Shown here: in pieces, positions 24,301 through 35,237 of the stretch | How the letters are laid out: each line of letters begins with the position of its first letter | Position numbering within the stretch: position 1 is the first letter of the stretch | NCBI GenBank assembly: GCA_043228905.1 | Contig: JBHGNT010000002.1 | Span: 9,672,001 to 9,736,000, forward strand | Reading direction: 5' to 3' | DNA length: 64,000 nucleotides | Source: Azolla caroliniana | Taxonomy: Eukaryota; Plantae; Polypodiophyta | Program-made: the position numbers and the translations under genes | The notes under the pieces: model-generated | Told to the model about the DNA's origin: nothing | The model's input: the letters and a program-made list of their open reading frames with translations, nothing else | The model's database searches: none

Positions 24301-25294
24301 GAAGGTAATTTTATAATTCTTTTATTGTATGTCAATGATATGCTAATTGTAGGACAAGATGTAGAAAATATCCACAAGTGAAAGGTGGATCTATCTAAGG
24401 CCTTTGACATGAAAGATCTAGGTTATGCTAAGCATATTTTTAGGCATGAAAATTACTCACAATAGGGAATGTGGTAAGCTGTGGCTTTCTCAAGAAAAAT
24501 ACATAGAATGAGTATTAGAAAGATTTAATATGCATAATGCAAAACCAGTAAGTACCCCCCTTGCTAGCCATTTTAAATTATGTAGAGAAGATTGTCCACA
24601 TACCGAGCAAGAGAAAGAAGAGATGTCCTCAATTCCTTACTCTTCAATGATTGGTTGGTTGATGTATGCTATGGTTAGCACAAGGCCAGATATTGCCCAT
24701 GCCGTTAGTGTTGTAAGTAGATATCGCTCCAATCCGGGTAAGTCTCATTGGGATGCCGTAAAATGGATCTTTCGATATTTAAGAGGTACATCAAAATTAT
24801 GTTTATGTTTTGGAGATTCTAAACAAACCCTTGAAGGTTTTTCAGATTCAGATATGGCAAGAGATCTTGATGCGAGAAAATCTACTTCGGCTTACTTATT
24901 TACATTTGCAAGGGGAGCCGTGTCATGGCAATCCAAGTTGCAAAAATGTGTTGCTTTGTCTACAACAGAAGCGGAATATATTGCAGCCACTGAAGCTGCC
25001 AAAGAGATGCTATGGTTGAAAAGGTTTGTTTCAGATTTGGGTTTAAGTCTACTAACTTATGTGATATTTTGTGACACCCAAAGTGCAATAGATCTAAGCA
25101 AGAACTCGATGTACCATTCTCGTACGAAACATATTGATGTAAGGTATCATTGGCTGCGCTCGGCAATTGAAGATCAACTTCTACAACTCAAGAAAATTCA
25201 CACAGATGAAAATGTTGCTGACATGTTGACGAAGGTATTCTCTAAAGAAAAGTTTGAGCTATGTGTCAAGCTGGCTGGAATGAACAAAAACTAA
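21370..25294 (+). pseudogene. Copia A gag-PR-INT-RT-RH (many stops and frameshifts)
   Basis: Zinc knuckle CHFCGKTGHIKRYC, WVVDSGASFH, LWHKRL..C..C, HSDVCGP, QLDVKTTFLHG, LLLYVND and RTKHIDVRYHW. Confidence 0.92.
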
Positions 25295-25337
25295 GTGATT
25301 CAATGGAATCTTCTCCTATGTGGCTAGAGGGGGAGAT

Positions 25338-25900
25338 TGTTCAAAAATGTCCACATTAATAAGTAAATAAAAATGGGCCTTGGACGCCCAAAAATTGTAT
25401 TTTTTAAAATAGTGTGAAAGGGGTTCACACAAGAAGACGTTACATATCTACACTATGTAACACATTCTTTTTTGAGTGTGTTAAAAAGGGAAAAATGAGC
25501 ATTTCTCTGCTGCGACAGAGAAAAACAGATTTCAGAGAGCACATACTCTCTTTCTCAGCTAATTCCTTCAATCTTTTGGAAGTACATCAACACACTCAGA
25601 CATCTGGACATCGCTGCCTCCGTCATCAGCCACGTGCTGTGAGTTTTGTTGGTCTTTGTGTTCCTTTTTTGTTGAGTTTTTATTTTTGAGGAAACATCAT
25701 ATTCCTCAATTGCTCATAGTACTCTAACTTGTTTAGAGTAGAACTTTGGTGTATCAGTTTTATATTGATAGTGAATTAGTTCTGGACTAAGTCCCATGGT
25801 TTTTACCTCTTTGAGGGTTTTCCGCGTTAAAAATAAGTGGTGTATTGTGTATTGATTTGTTGTGTATCTTTCTTGTTTTCTCTTTAAATCTTGCACAACA
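25338..25900 (+). repeat. 3' LTR of Copia A
   Basis: Follows the PPT and is similar to 9023-9572, but lacks the last 48 bp of the 5' LTR. Confidence 0.85.
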
Positions 25901-25906
25901 AATGAT

Positions 25907-26388
25907 TGTCGTACACAATATGAGGGCTGGACCAAGTAGATTAGAGAGAGTTATGAATTAAAATAGATTATAACGACCAAGGTAACTACAAATTAGAGAG
26001 GGAGACTCAAGAAATTAACACAAAAGGTAGAGAAGATGAGAAAGGGGTAAGAATGTTATAATATTCAATTATCAAGACCATACAAAGGAGATAAACTCCA
26101 CATTGAACTAAAAAACCAAATACCTTCTTACTTCCAATCAGTCAAACCCACTACTAAGATCCTTCCTCTTCCACTAAGACACCTCTTCCCAATACTCCTC
26201 CTCCTCTATTAGGATCCCTCCTTCCAAGACTCCTGCTCCTCTATTATAACACCTTCTCTATTAGGACCCCTGCTTCCAAGAGTATCACTTCCTCTTTTAT
26301 AATTCTCTTTTTCTTCCTCGTTCATGCTATTTTTAGAAGCTTTTTATCTCCTATTTTTAGCTAAGACCCAACGACCTTCTAATCATCA
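25907..26388 (-). repeat. LTR-like sequence X, copy 2, with adjacent PPT (26389-26402)
   Basis: Matches 8499-9004 including the flanking AATGAT and the PPT. Confidence 0.65.
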
Positions 26389-26867
26389 TATCTCCCCCAT
26401 CCAAGCTCCAAATTTAGAGATTTGAAAAGCTACAGATAGCTCTCATTGCGAGCTTTCTAATCCATATTTGCATATGATATTTTGCTTCCCAAGAGATAGT
26501 TATAACCATTCGTTTCAAACTATTTTTAGGTGGCCCACTTTTTCTCTTTTTACTTTTCTCTTTGTCTCTTACTTTTACTTTTGACTTCTTCTTAAGATAT
26601 TGGTTCGTGTTCTTTGCCTCGTAATGTGAATGCTCCATACCTTATATTCTTCTAACGTTCAATGGCTTGAATTCTAAAAACACTTTCACATATATATCTT
26701 CAATTGTAATGCAGAGAGACATATGTGAAAGAGAACCATAACACATCATATTTTTGGCAAGAGATAACTCATATAAATTCTTACAATGCATAGACAAGTC
26801 GTGAAGAGTTAAGTCACCGTAACTCTCAACACGTTTCCCCTTTTGATTTCCCAAAAATTTAGCACAC

Positions 26868-26901
<34 letters not shown>

Positions 26902-27239
26902 GTACTTGGGTCTTGGTAGCCATGGTGAAACAAGAGCAAATGGAGAATGAACCTCTACAGAAAAAGGGTGGGGGGCTTTGCTTGTTTTAGGGGAAAGGAA
27001 GAGGGAAAGAGGGGGGAAGGAGGGGGGGAAGGAAATTCAACAGAACTAAATGTGAAACATTTTTCTTTTCTACCTTTTTTATATAAAAATACATAAATAG
27101 CCAGTTTTGAAAATATGAACTGGCTAGATTCCGGTTTTTGGGAAATTCTATCCGGAATCAGTTTCGACTCTCCCCCACCTTGGCCGGAAAAAGTTCCAAT
27201 TCAACTGGAACGCTAACACTGTTCCTGGGACTTTGCACT

Positions 27240-27920
27240 AGGCGTTATATGTAGATCAACGATACAACCAAAGATCTTGCAATATGCTACATTCTCTAAA
27301 GTATGGGTTCTTGCTTATGATGAATCTAAGTGGATCATCGACCCACAAGTCGATGCACTCAAGGAGCATTGGAAACTAAGACTTTTTGAAATGAAACCCT
27401 TGCTAAGGTTGCAATGGGATTGGGAGGAATTTTAGTGGAAAGATCCGGTTGACCGTTTGGAAAAAAGGTGTGGTTTTTTTCAGTACTCAGTTAAGATTGG
27501 ATGACACATTTTGGCAGCTTAATGCAGAACTACACCATGGGCTTGTCAATTTTGGACCCATCAGTGGGTCACATCCAAATTCTTAGCAATGTTTTTGAGG
27601 ACATTATGGGCAAGGAAACAAGATATGAAAATAAATGTCTTCCAATGGCTAGTAATACATAGAGAATTCCGGTAGGCTAATGGTTGCAATGATCAGGTGC
27701 GCCGACGGCATGCATCTATAGTAGTTGCTAGATGGAGACATTAAAACATTTCTTGTGGGAATGTTAGGTTGCACAACAAGTTTGGAGAAGAGTGTTCCAA
27801 ATTTTAGCCTTTATATTTAGGGATGACGGTTTTTCATGGGGTATGGTAGTATGGGTTACGATAGCACAAATGATATGGCCATATGATGCATGTCCAAATG
27901 ATATGATTATTAGAATTCAA
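27240..27920 (+). mobile_element. Degenerate L1 LINE ORF2 C-terminal fragment
   Basis: Reads KWIIDPQV..LRLQWDWEEF*WKD..FFQYSVKIG, similar to KWILNSHP..LLWDPGEWEWQ..FFEYSVKMG of the L1 at 5446-6183. Confidence 0.7.
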
Positions 27921-30174
27921 AGAGGGAGGATAATGGTGTGTAAAAACATATGTGTGCGGAGGCGTACGCGAGAGACACACCGAGTACAATCGGTTATTCG
28001 GAAATTTGACAGTTAGGTAAAACACAAAGAATAATGAGAGAGATACATAACAAGCAAACAACAACTTCTATTACAAAATAATAAATACTCTGTACATATG
28101 ACATGCTTAGTGAGCACTTTTTATACAATGTGGCCTCTCAGAATCCATCCAACTTGGCTTACCCGAATCGAACTCTATTGGATTCGGCTCTCGGCTTCTT
28201 TAGCCGATTCGGGCCTAGTCGATCGATCGGTCTTCAACCGATTTGGTTGTCGGCTTCTTTAGCCGATTCGGCCCATGTTGAGCTAGTCTCTCAAAACTCC
28301 CCCTAAAGCTCAACTTGAGGTTCCATCGTGTCAGCTCTAGCGGGTTCATCACTCCAGCCTCCTCTCCTGGCTTCTCAACACCTCGCTGCGTCCCACGACC
28401 CCTCTGGTTTGGCGCTCATGGACCTCTACAGCCGGCTTGTCTGCTACTCACGCCCTTTTTAGTTCCCTCGCTGTCATGGTATTGGCGCCCCTCGACCCTT
28501 TGGCTCCTCCATCTCGGCGTCCGCTTTGGGTGCCTTCTCATCTGCTTGGCCTTCAGGTGATTATGTTCATCTAAATCAAACTTCTCGAATGAATCGGCTG
28601 TCTCTGACTTGTTCCTGCTCTTGTCCAAATTGACTATCTCCAATTCGTCCTCCTTGAGGCCCTTGACCTCATCTGCCCATGCCTTGGTCATGGCCTTCAC
28701 TTGGTCGACTATGTCCTTTTCGACTTTGGCACCTCTCTCGGCTCTACCTCCCATTTATTCGGTTGGCTCTGGCCTTGGCAATCTCTTTTGGGCGCTCCCC
28801 CTGCATGTGGCTAGTCTTTGCTTAGCCATTCTTCTTCCACCTATCCTTGCGTCCTCGGCTTCTCCAGCCAATCCGAACGTTCCGACTTCTTCAGTTGTGC
28901 CGAAATGAAGGCATGTCAAGATGTTGTAAGTCAAGCATACTCAAGAGATGTCGCAACTGGTCAAGGCTAAGAGGTTTGGTGAAGATATCGGCCGCTTTCT
29001 GATCAATCGGAATAAGCACGAGTTCAACTTCACCAAAGAGAATGCGCTCATGGACAAAATGATAGTGCACCTCGATATGCTTTGTCCAGGTGTGGAAGAC
29101 AAGGTTCTTCGCTAACTCAATGTTGTTGAGGTTGTCGTAGTATATAACTGTCGGCTCGGACACCTCTACATGCAGATCCTTCAATAACCTTTTGAGACAA
29201 ATGGATTTGCATGTGGTGTAACCACCCGTCGATACTCGGCTTCAGTGCTCGATAGTGCCACTACCGGTTGCTTTTCACTACTCTAGGTGATCATCACACT
29301 TCCTAATGAGAATGCAAATCTAGATGTTGACCTGCGATCGCCGGCATTTCCAGCCCAGTTGGCATCCGTGTAGCTGACTACCTCCTCGGCTACTCCTGGC
29401 TGATACCACAACACCTTGTCTTAGTGCCACTAACATATCGCAATATCTTTTGTGTGCACTGAAGGTGTTCGGACTTTGGTTGCGACATGAGTTGACTGAT
29501 CAAGCCAACCGGGCAATTGAGGTTCGGTCGTATGATCATCAAATAGATGAGGCTTCCGAAAATTGGTCGGAACCGTGTCAGGTTGCATGCCATTCCCAAA
29601 TTTTGGCGAAGCTTCACGTTTCTGTCCAGAGGGGTTGAGACAGATTTACAATCCACCATCCCGAACTTGAAGACCATATTCAACACATAATGGTGTTGGC
29701 TGATCAATACGCCTTCGAGGTTCGGATCACTTCGATCCTGAGGAAGTGTCATGAACAGTATTGAGACAGAGAAGGAATTAGTACTAAACGAAGGATTAGT
29801 ACTATGAGAGGTGTGGAACTTCTTCGAGAGAAGGAAGAAGTGAGCGAGACAGAGAGAAAGAGAGAGATTGAGAGAGAGAGAGAGTGATGATAAGAAAGAT
29901 ATGTATTATATGAAGAGAATATACAATGGTGGCTAAAAGGCTTAAGACTGGCGTTGAACCAATTTGGTTCAACATAATGCCTAGTGCCCTCTTTTATAGT
30001 GTTTTCAGGAGTAATCCTGAATCTTCTAGAATGTTCCAGAGAAATCTGGAATATACACTAATTTCCTATAATAAAATGTAAATGAAAATAATATCCTATG
30101 TATTACAATAGATGATCTAATGGTCAAGAGCTCGACCGATATAATCTAAGGTAATGGGTTCGAGTCTTGCCATA

Positions 30175-30501
30175 TCATGACACTATCCCCCCTTTAAAAC
30201 GAAGAGTGTCACGAGTCGTCTTGGATTGAGGACCTAGTTTGTGTGGATATTGACGATGGAAGTCTTCAAGAAGAGCACGAGCATTGGTCACATTCTCGAT
30301 CGGTTCCCAAGTACGTTCACTGGGGCTATAGCCTAGCCAATCGACTAGATAGTAGAGCTTGTTGCGAACAATCTTGGAATCAAGGATGGTGGCAACCTCG
30401 TACTCCGGCCCATCTTCAAGCTTGATCGGGGGTGGAGGTTGGATAAGACGTCCTGGGATGGTGCTCTCGTGGTAGGGTTCGAGGAGAGAACTATGAAACA
30501 C
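30175..30501 (-). CDS. Chromodomain at the integrase C-terminus of Gypsy E
   Basis: [35 protein letters not shown] is a group I chromodomain pattern. Confidence 0.93.
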   Translation of the reverse strand: MFHSSLLEPYHESTIPGRLIQPPPPIKLEDGPEYEVATILDSKIVRNKLYYLVDWLGYSPSERTWEPIENVTNARALLEDFHRQYPHKLGPQSKTTRDTLRFKGGIVS

Positions 30502-33500
30502 CGGATGTATCCGAAGTTGAGGAGGTAGATTGAGACGAAAAGTGACATCATTAATCTGTCCAATAATACGGAAAGGACCTAATCGCCGATAATCTAACTT
30601 CTCACATGGACGAGTAGTCTTGATGTGTCATCGTAGCAGCCACACTCGATCTCCAATATTAAAACTGGATGGAAGTCAATGACGATCCGCGTAGACCTTG
30701 TGTGTTTGTTGAGCTTGCTGGAGATGAGTAGATAAATCCGCTTGTATCTTGCGTAACTGCTCCAAACGATCCTCCGCGCACGGATTTGTGGACACCTCTG
30801 GGGTTTCAAGTACACTCCACCAGGGGTGACATCCCGTATAAGCATAAAATGGCGTAACTTTAGTGGATGCGTGGATAGAGTTGTAATAGGCAAATTCGGC
30901 GAAGTGGAGAATATCTGCCCAGTCATCTTGATGATAGCTGAGAAAGTACCGCAGATAATGCTCCAACGTTTGATTTGTTCATTCAGCTTGGCCGTCAGTT
31001 TGTGGGTGGTAGCCGGAGGAGAGGTTACAAGTGACCTTGAGCATGTTAAAAAGGTGCTTCCAGAATTTTGACACGAACTGGGGTCCACGGTCGCTGATGA
31101 TACTATTGGGAAGTCCATGATGCCGACATACTTCACACATGACAATTTCGGCAGTGTCTTCACTGGAGATCTCCTTAGTACATGGCAAGAAATGAGCCAT
31201 CTTCGTATATTGATCGACCACCGTTAGAATCGCATTGAACCCCTTAGAGACTGGAAGATCTGTGATGAAGTGTAGAGCAATGGATTGCCACGGCTTGCTT
31301 GGAATTGGTAATGGTTCTAATAAACCATATGGATGATGCCTTGGCATTTTCGCTTTGCAACATGTATCACAAGTCCGAACAAAATCCTCGACAAATTGTC
31401 GCATACAGGGCCACCAGAATGTTCGTTGTACTAAATGTAATGTTTTAGTACTACCAAAATGCCCAGCTGTATATGTGTCATGATAGTTTTGTACTACACG
31501 AAGGCGGCAAGAACCATTAGGAACATACAAAAGTTCTTTAAAGAAGAGTAATCCATCATTGTATTTGAATTGCCGATAGTCCGTACCTGGTGGTTGCGAT
31601 TGTGAACACGACGCTCGAGAGGGATCAATTTGTGCTAGTATAGCTTGGGCGAACGCATCTGTCTTCAAGTCTTCACGTATGGTATCGATAACACGGGAAT
31701 CCATAGGCATGTCAAAGATCTGTGTTGCTTGTAGTCGTGCCGGTACCAAGATGACTTGTTTTTGGTTATCGAATGCTGGCTCACCGGGACGGGGTGCTAG
31801 ATATGAATGCCGTGATAATGCATCTACCTTCCCTTGGTGCCTCCCCGGACGATATGTAATTTTGAAGTCGAAACGCGTGAGGAAGTGGGCCCACCGAGCT
31901 TGACGTCGATTCAACACACGAGCATCCTGAAAGTAGGCAAGATTCTTGTGGTCACTAAATACGGTGATTGGATGAGAGGATCCCTTCAGAAAATGCCTCC
32001 ATTGCATAAAAGAATCCACTATTGCCAATAGCTCCTTATCATGAATTTCGTAGTTGATTTCGGCGGCGTCCCACAGGATGTAGCTTCTCATCATTCCCTT
32101 GTTGTGACAGAATGGTCCCCAATGCAAAATCCGATGCGTCAGCTTCGATAATGAATGGTTTTTCCGGATCGACATGAGCTAGAATTGGAGCTGATGTAAA
32201 TGCCTTTTTAAGACTCTCGAAAGCCATGTCCGTTTCTTCAAACCAGATGAACGGTTGTCCCTTCCTGGTAAGTTGTGTGAGAGGTAGAACGATCTTTGAG
32301 TAATCTTGTATGAACTTCCGGTAAAAATTGGCAAAGCCTAAGAAGCATTGCACATTTCGCACTGAACACGGAGTCTGCCATTCTACCACCGTTTTGACCT
32401 TACCTGGGTCCATGGAGATGCCTTCTGATGAAATGATGTAGCCGAGAAATTCCACTTGGTTGCACCCGAAACTACATTTTTCCAGCTTTGCATACAGACC
32501 ATGTTCTCAAAGTCGTTTTAGTACTAATAGTACATGAGAATCATGTTCTTCTTGGGTCTTTGAATAAACCAGTAGATCATCCAAATAGATAATCAAACAA
32601 TCATCAATAGATCTCGGAATATATCATTTGCCATGTGCTGGAAGACTGCTAGCGCATTAGTGAGGCCGAACGGCATGACCGTATACTCGAAGTGCCCATA
32701 TCTGGTGAGAAACGCGGTCTTCCATTCGTCTCCTGGTCGGATCCGTACGAGGTTATATGCTCCCCGTAAGTCTATCTTCGTGAAGAACCTGGCACCATTG
32801 ATCCGTTCTAAAAGACTTGAGATAAGGGGAAGAGCATACCTATTCCTGATTGTAACCTTATAAAAGCCACGGTAATCTACAACGAGACGAAGCGATCCAT
32901 CTTTTTTTTTGACGAAGAAAATGGGCGCGCCGGCTGGAGATTTCGAATGCCGAATGAAACCATTTTCCAAATTCTCCTCTATATAGGCCCGAAGGACTTC
33001 CGGCTCGGTTGGTGACAAATTGTAGATCGGTCCCCATGGTGGCTCTTTTCCCGGTTGTAAATCGATGGGGCAATCGTACGGTCGATGATGAGGAAGTGTG
33101 TTGGCTTGTACTTTATCGAACACATCGGTGTAATGATGATACTTCTCGGGAAGTTGAACGGTGGATTCTTCTTTAGTGGTGCTGGAGGGGTTTACTGATA
33201 TTGCAAAGAGGAATATTTCCTCCTTGCGCCCTTCTTTACGCAACTGACGTAGCGAAATGATACTACACATGCTAAGTTATCTAGGACAATATTAATGGGC
33301 TCTGACTCTTCTATGATATTTCCGGAAGCAATGGGATGTCCATCAATGACTACTACAGAGGCTGGACACTGGAGTTTTCTTAGGGATATCTTATGAGCTT
33401 GAGCAAATTTCTTATCCATAAAGCAAGAGTTAGCTCCGGACTCTAGGAGTGCTAGGACATGTACTGGAGGGGTACTTTTAGTAGTAACTATTACTTGGGC

Positions 33501-33554
33501 TACGAACACATCACTAACTTGCTTAGAGGGAATGGAACCACTAATGGGCTGCAC
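30502..33554 (-). pseudogene. Gypsy E pol (PR-RT-RH-INT), disrupted
   Basis: [77 protein letters not shown] and ISDRGPQF. Confidence 0.92.
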
Positions 33555-33570
33555 AGATCTAGGGCTGGAC

Positions 33571-34731
33571 TTAGTCGTTTAACTCTTCTTCTAACTGACT
33601 AAGTACATCAAATTTGTTTGCTAGATCTGGGATATTAGTACTATTATTACTATTAGGACTATCAGATATCCCTACTGAAATAGGCTCGGATTTAGTACAA
33701 TTAGAACTAGCGACTATTTGGTTTACTTGTCTTCTTGGCCTATGGGGGCAATTTATTGCGATATGTCCTAGTCCACCGCAGTAAAGACATAGTCGATTTG
33801 TACGGCGTCGCTGCTTTTCTTCTTCGGATAATGGCCCTCGACGACGTGTAGTGTCAATCTCCATCGGAGTCGGAGTATTCGCTGGAGGCGCATTATATGA
33901 CTCCCTCGGAAAAGGTCTTGCTACCACTGAGGCGTAGGTGGGCTCTGATCTTGCCCTCGGCATTTGTAGCTGTCGTTCCGAACGTCGCTCAAAGAGGCGG
34001 TTGTTACATCTCACCGCACGACTGATTGCTTCTGTTAAGGACTTTGGCTCTTCGGGGAAGGTCAATAGTAAATCCTTGACGTCGTTGCGTAAACCATAAC
34101 GGAATTGCTCCATCAATGCTTGATCATCCCAAGGGATATCGGCAGCGAGTAGGCAAAAATCTGCAGCGTATGCAGAGGCTGGACGGTCACCTTGGCGTAA
34201 TCGCCGGATTTTGTTGATTGCGGTCCTGATGCTGTCAGTATCTCCAAAACATGCTTTAAACTCACCTAGAAACTCTTCAAAATTGTTGAGTAACGGAGAT
34301 TCCTTTTCTAATAGTGGAGCGAACCATGACAACGCTGAGCCACTTAACAAAGTGCCTACTAAACCCACTTGTGATGCATCGGTGGGATATCGGGAAGGAT
34401 GCATTTGAGTAACTAATCGTACCTAGTTATGGAACCCTCTAAACTGCGATCGTGTTCCATCGAACTTCGTGGGAAGGCCAATCTTGGGTTCTTTATGAAT
34501 CCCTTGTGTTCCAGGCCCTTGTTGTTGCATCGCTACGATGGTTGCTTCGAGTTGTTGCACGCGTAACGCAAGTTCCCCATGTTGTTGTTGCGTTTGCTGC
34601 TTTTCTAAGGAGATTTGATGAAGATCCCCCAACAACCGTTGGTTTTCTTGTTCCAAAGCATGGAACTTCTCCTTCAAGCATTGAAATTCCGAGAAAACAG
34701 ATTGATATTCTTCAGCGCTAACAGTAGCCAT
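33571..34731 (-). pseudogene. Gypsy E gag (Tf1/sushi/PEG10-like), frameshifted
   Basis: KEPKIGLPTKFDG, LSGSALSW, LRQGDRPASAYAADF, PTPMEID and CLYCGGLGHIAINC. Confidence 0.9.
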
Positions 34732-34790
34732 GGGATGAAAGAAAAGAGGAATAAAATATTAGTAGGAAATGAGAGAGACAGAAGGTAGGG

Positions 34791-34803
34791 CAAATTGGTT
34801 CAA
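34791..34803 (-). promoter_or_regulatory. Self-complementary (non-tRNA) primer binding site of Gypsy E
   Basis: Minus-strand TTGAACCAATTTG lies 2 nt inside the 5' LTR and is the exact 13-nt complement of LTR segment 35015-35027. No TGG-type tRNA PBS is present. Confidence 0.75.
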
Positions 34804-35165
34804 ACTGTCATGAACAGTACTAAGACAGAGAATGAATTAGTACTAAATGAAGGATTAGTACTATGAGAGGTGTGGAACTTCTTCGAGAGAAGGAAGAAGT
34901 GAGCGAGACAGAGAGAAAGAGAGAGATTGAGAGAGAGAGAGAGAGTGATGATAAGAAAGATATGTATTATATGAAGAGAATATACAATGGTGGCTAAAAG
35001 GCTTAAGGCTGGCGTTGAACCAATTTGGTTCAACATAATGCCTAGTGCCCTCTTTTATAGTGTTTTCAGGAGTAATCTTGAATCTTCTAGAATGCTCCAA
35101 AGAAATCTGGAATATACATTAATTTCCTATAATAAAATGTAAATGAAAATAATATCCTACGTATT

Positions 35166-35237
35166 ACAATAGATGATCTAATGGTCAAGAGCTCGACCCA
35201 TATAAGCTAAGGTCATGGGTTCGAGTCTTGCCATATC
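35166..35237 (+). other. tRNA-like (A-box/B-box) segment in the U3 end of the Gypsy E LTR; copies at ~30105-30176 (+) and ~57089-57160 (-)
   Basis: TGATCTAATGG..AAGAGC (A box, 35174-35184), an AGGTC variable-loop motif, and GGTTCGAGTC (B box, 35218-35227) at tRNA spacing. The stems are degenerate. Confidence 0.65.

Larger units (their letters stand above)
9023..25900 (+). mobile_element. Copia LTR retrotransposon A (Tnt1/Tork-like), degenerate, host of nested B and C
   Basis: LTRs at 9023-9620 and 25338-25900. PBS TGGTATCAGAGC (iMet) at 9623 and PPT AGAGGGGGAGA at 25326. Gag starts at 9652 ([31 protein letters not shown]) and resumes at 21370. Confidence 0.92.

Noticed and set aside
33555-33585. 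Programmed gag-pol frameshift site in Gypsy E (G TTA AAC)
   Set aside because: The heptamer is imperfect and the downstream protease frame does not fit a simple -1 shift in this decayed copy, so it cannot be supported.
35166-35237. Functional tRNA gene
   Set aside because: The acceptor, anticodon and T stems pair poorly, so it is recorded only as tRNA-derived.
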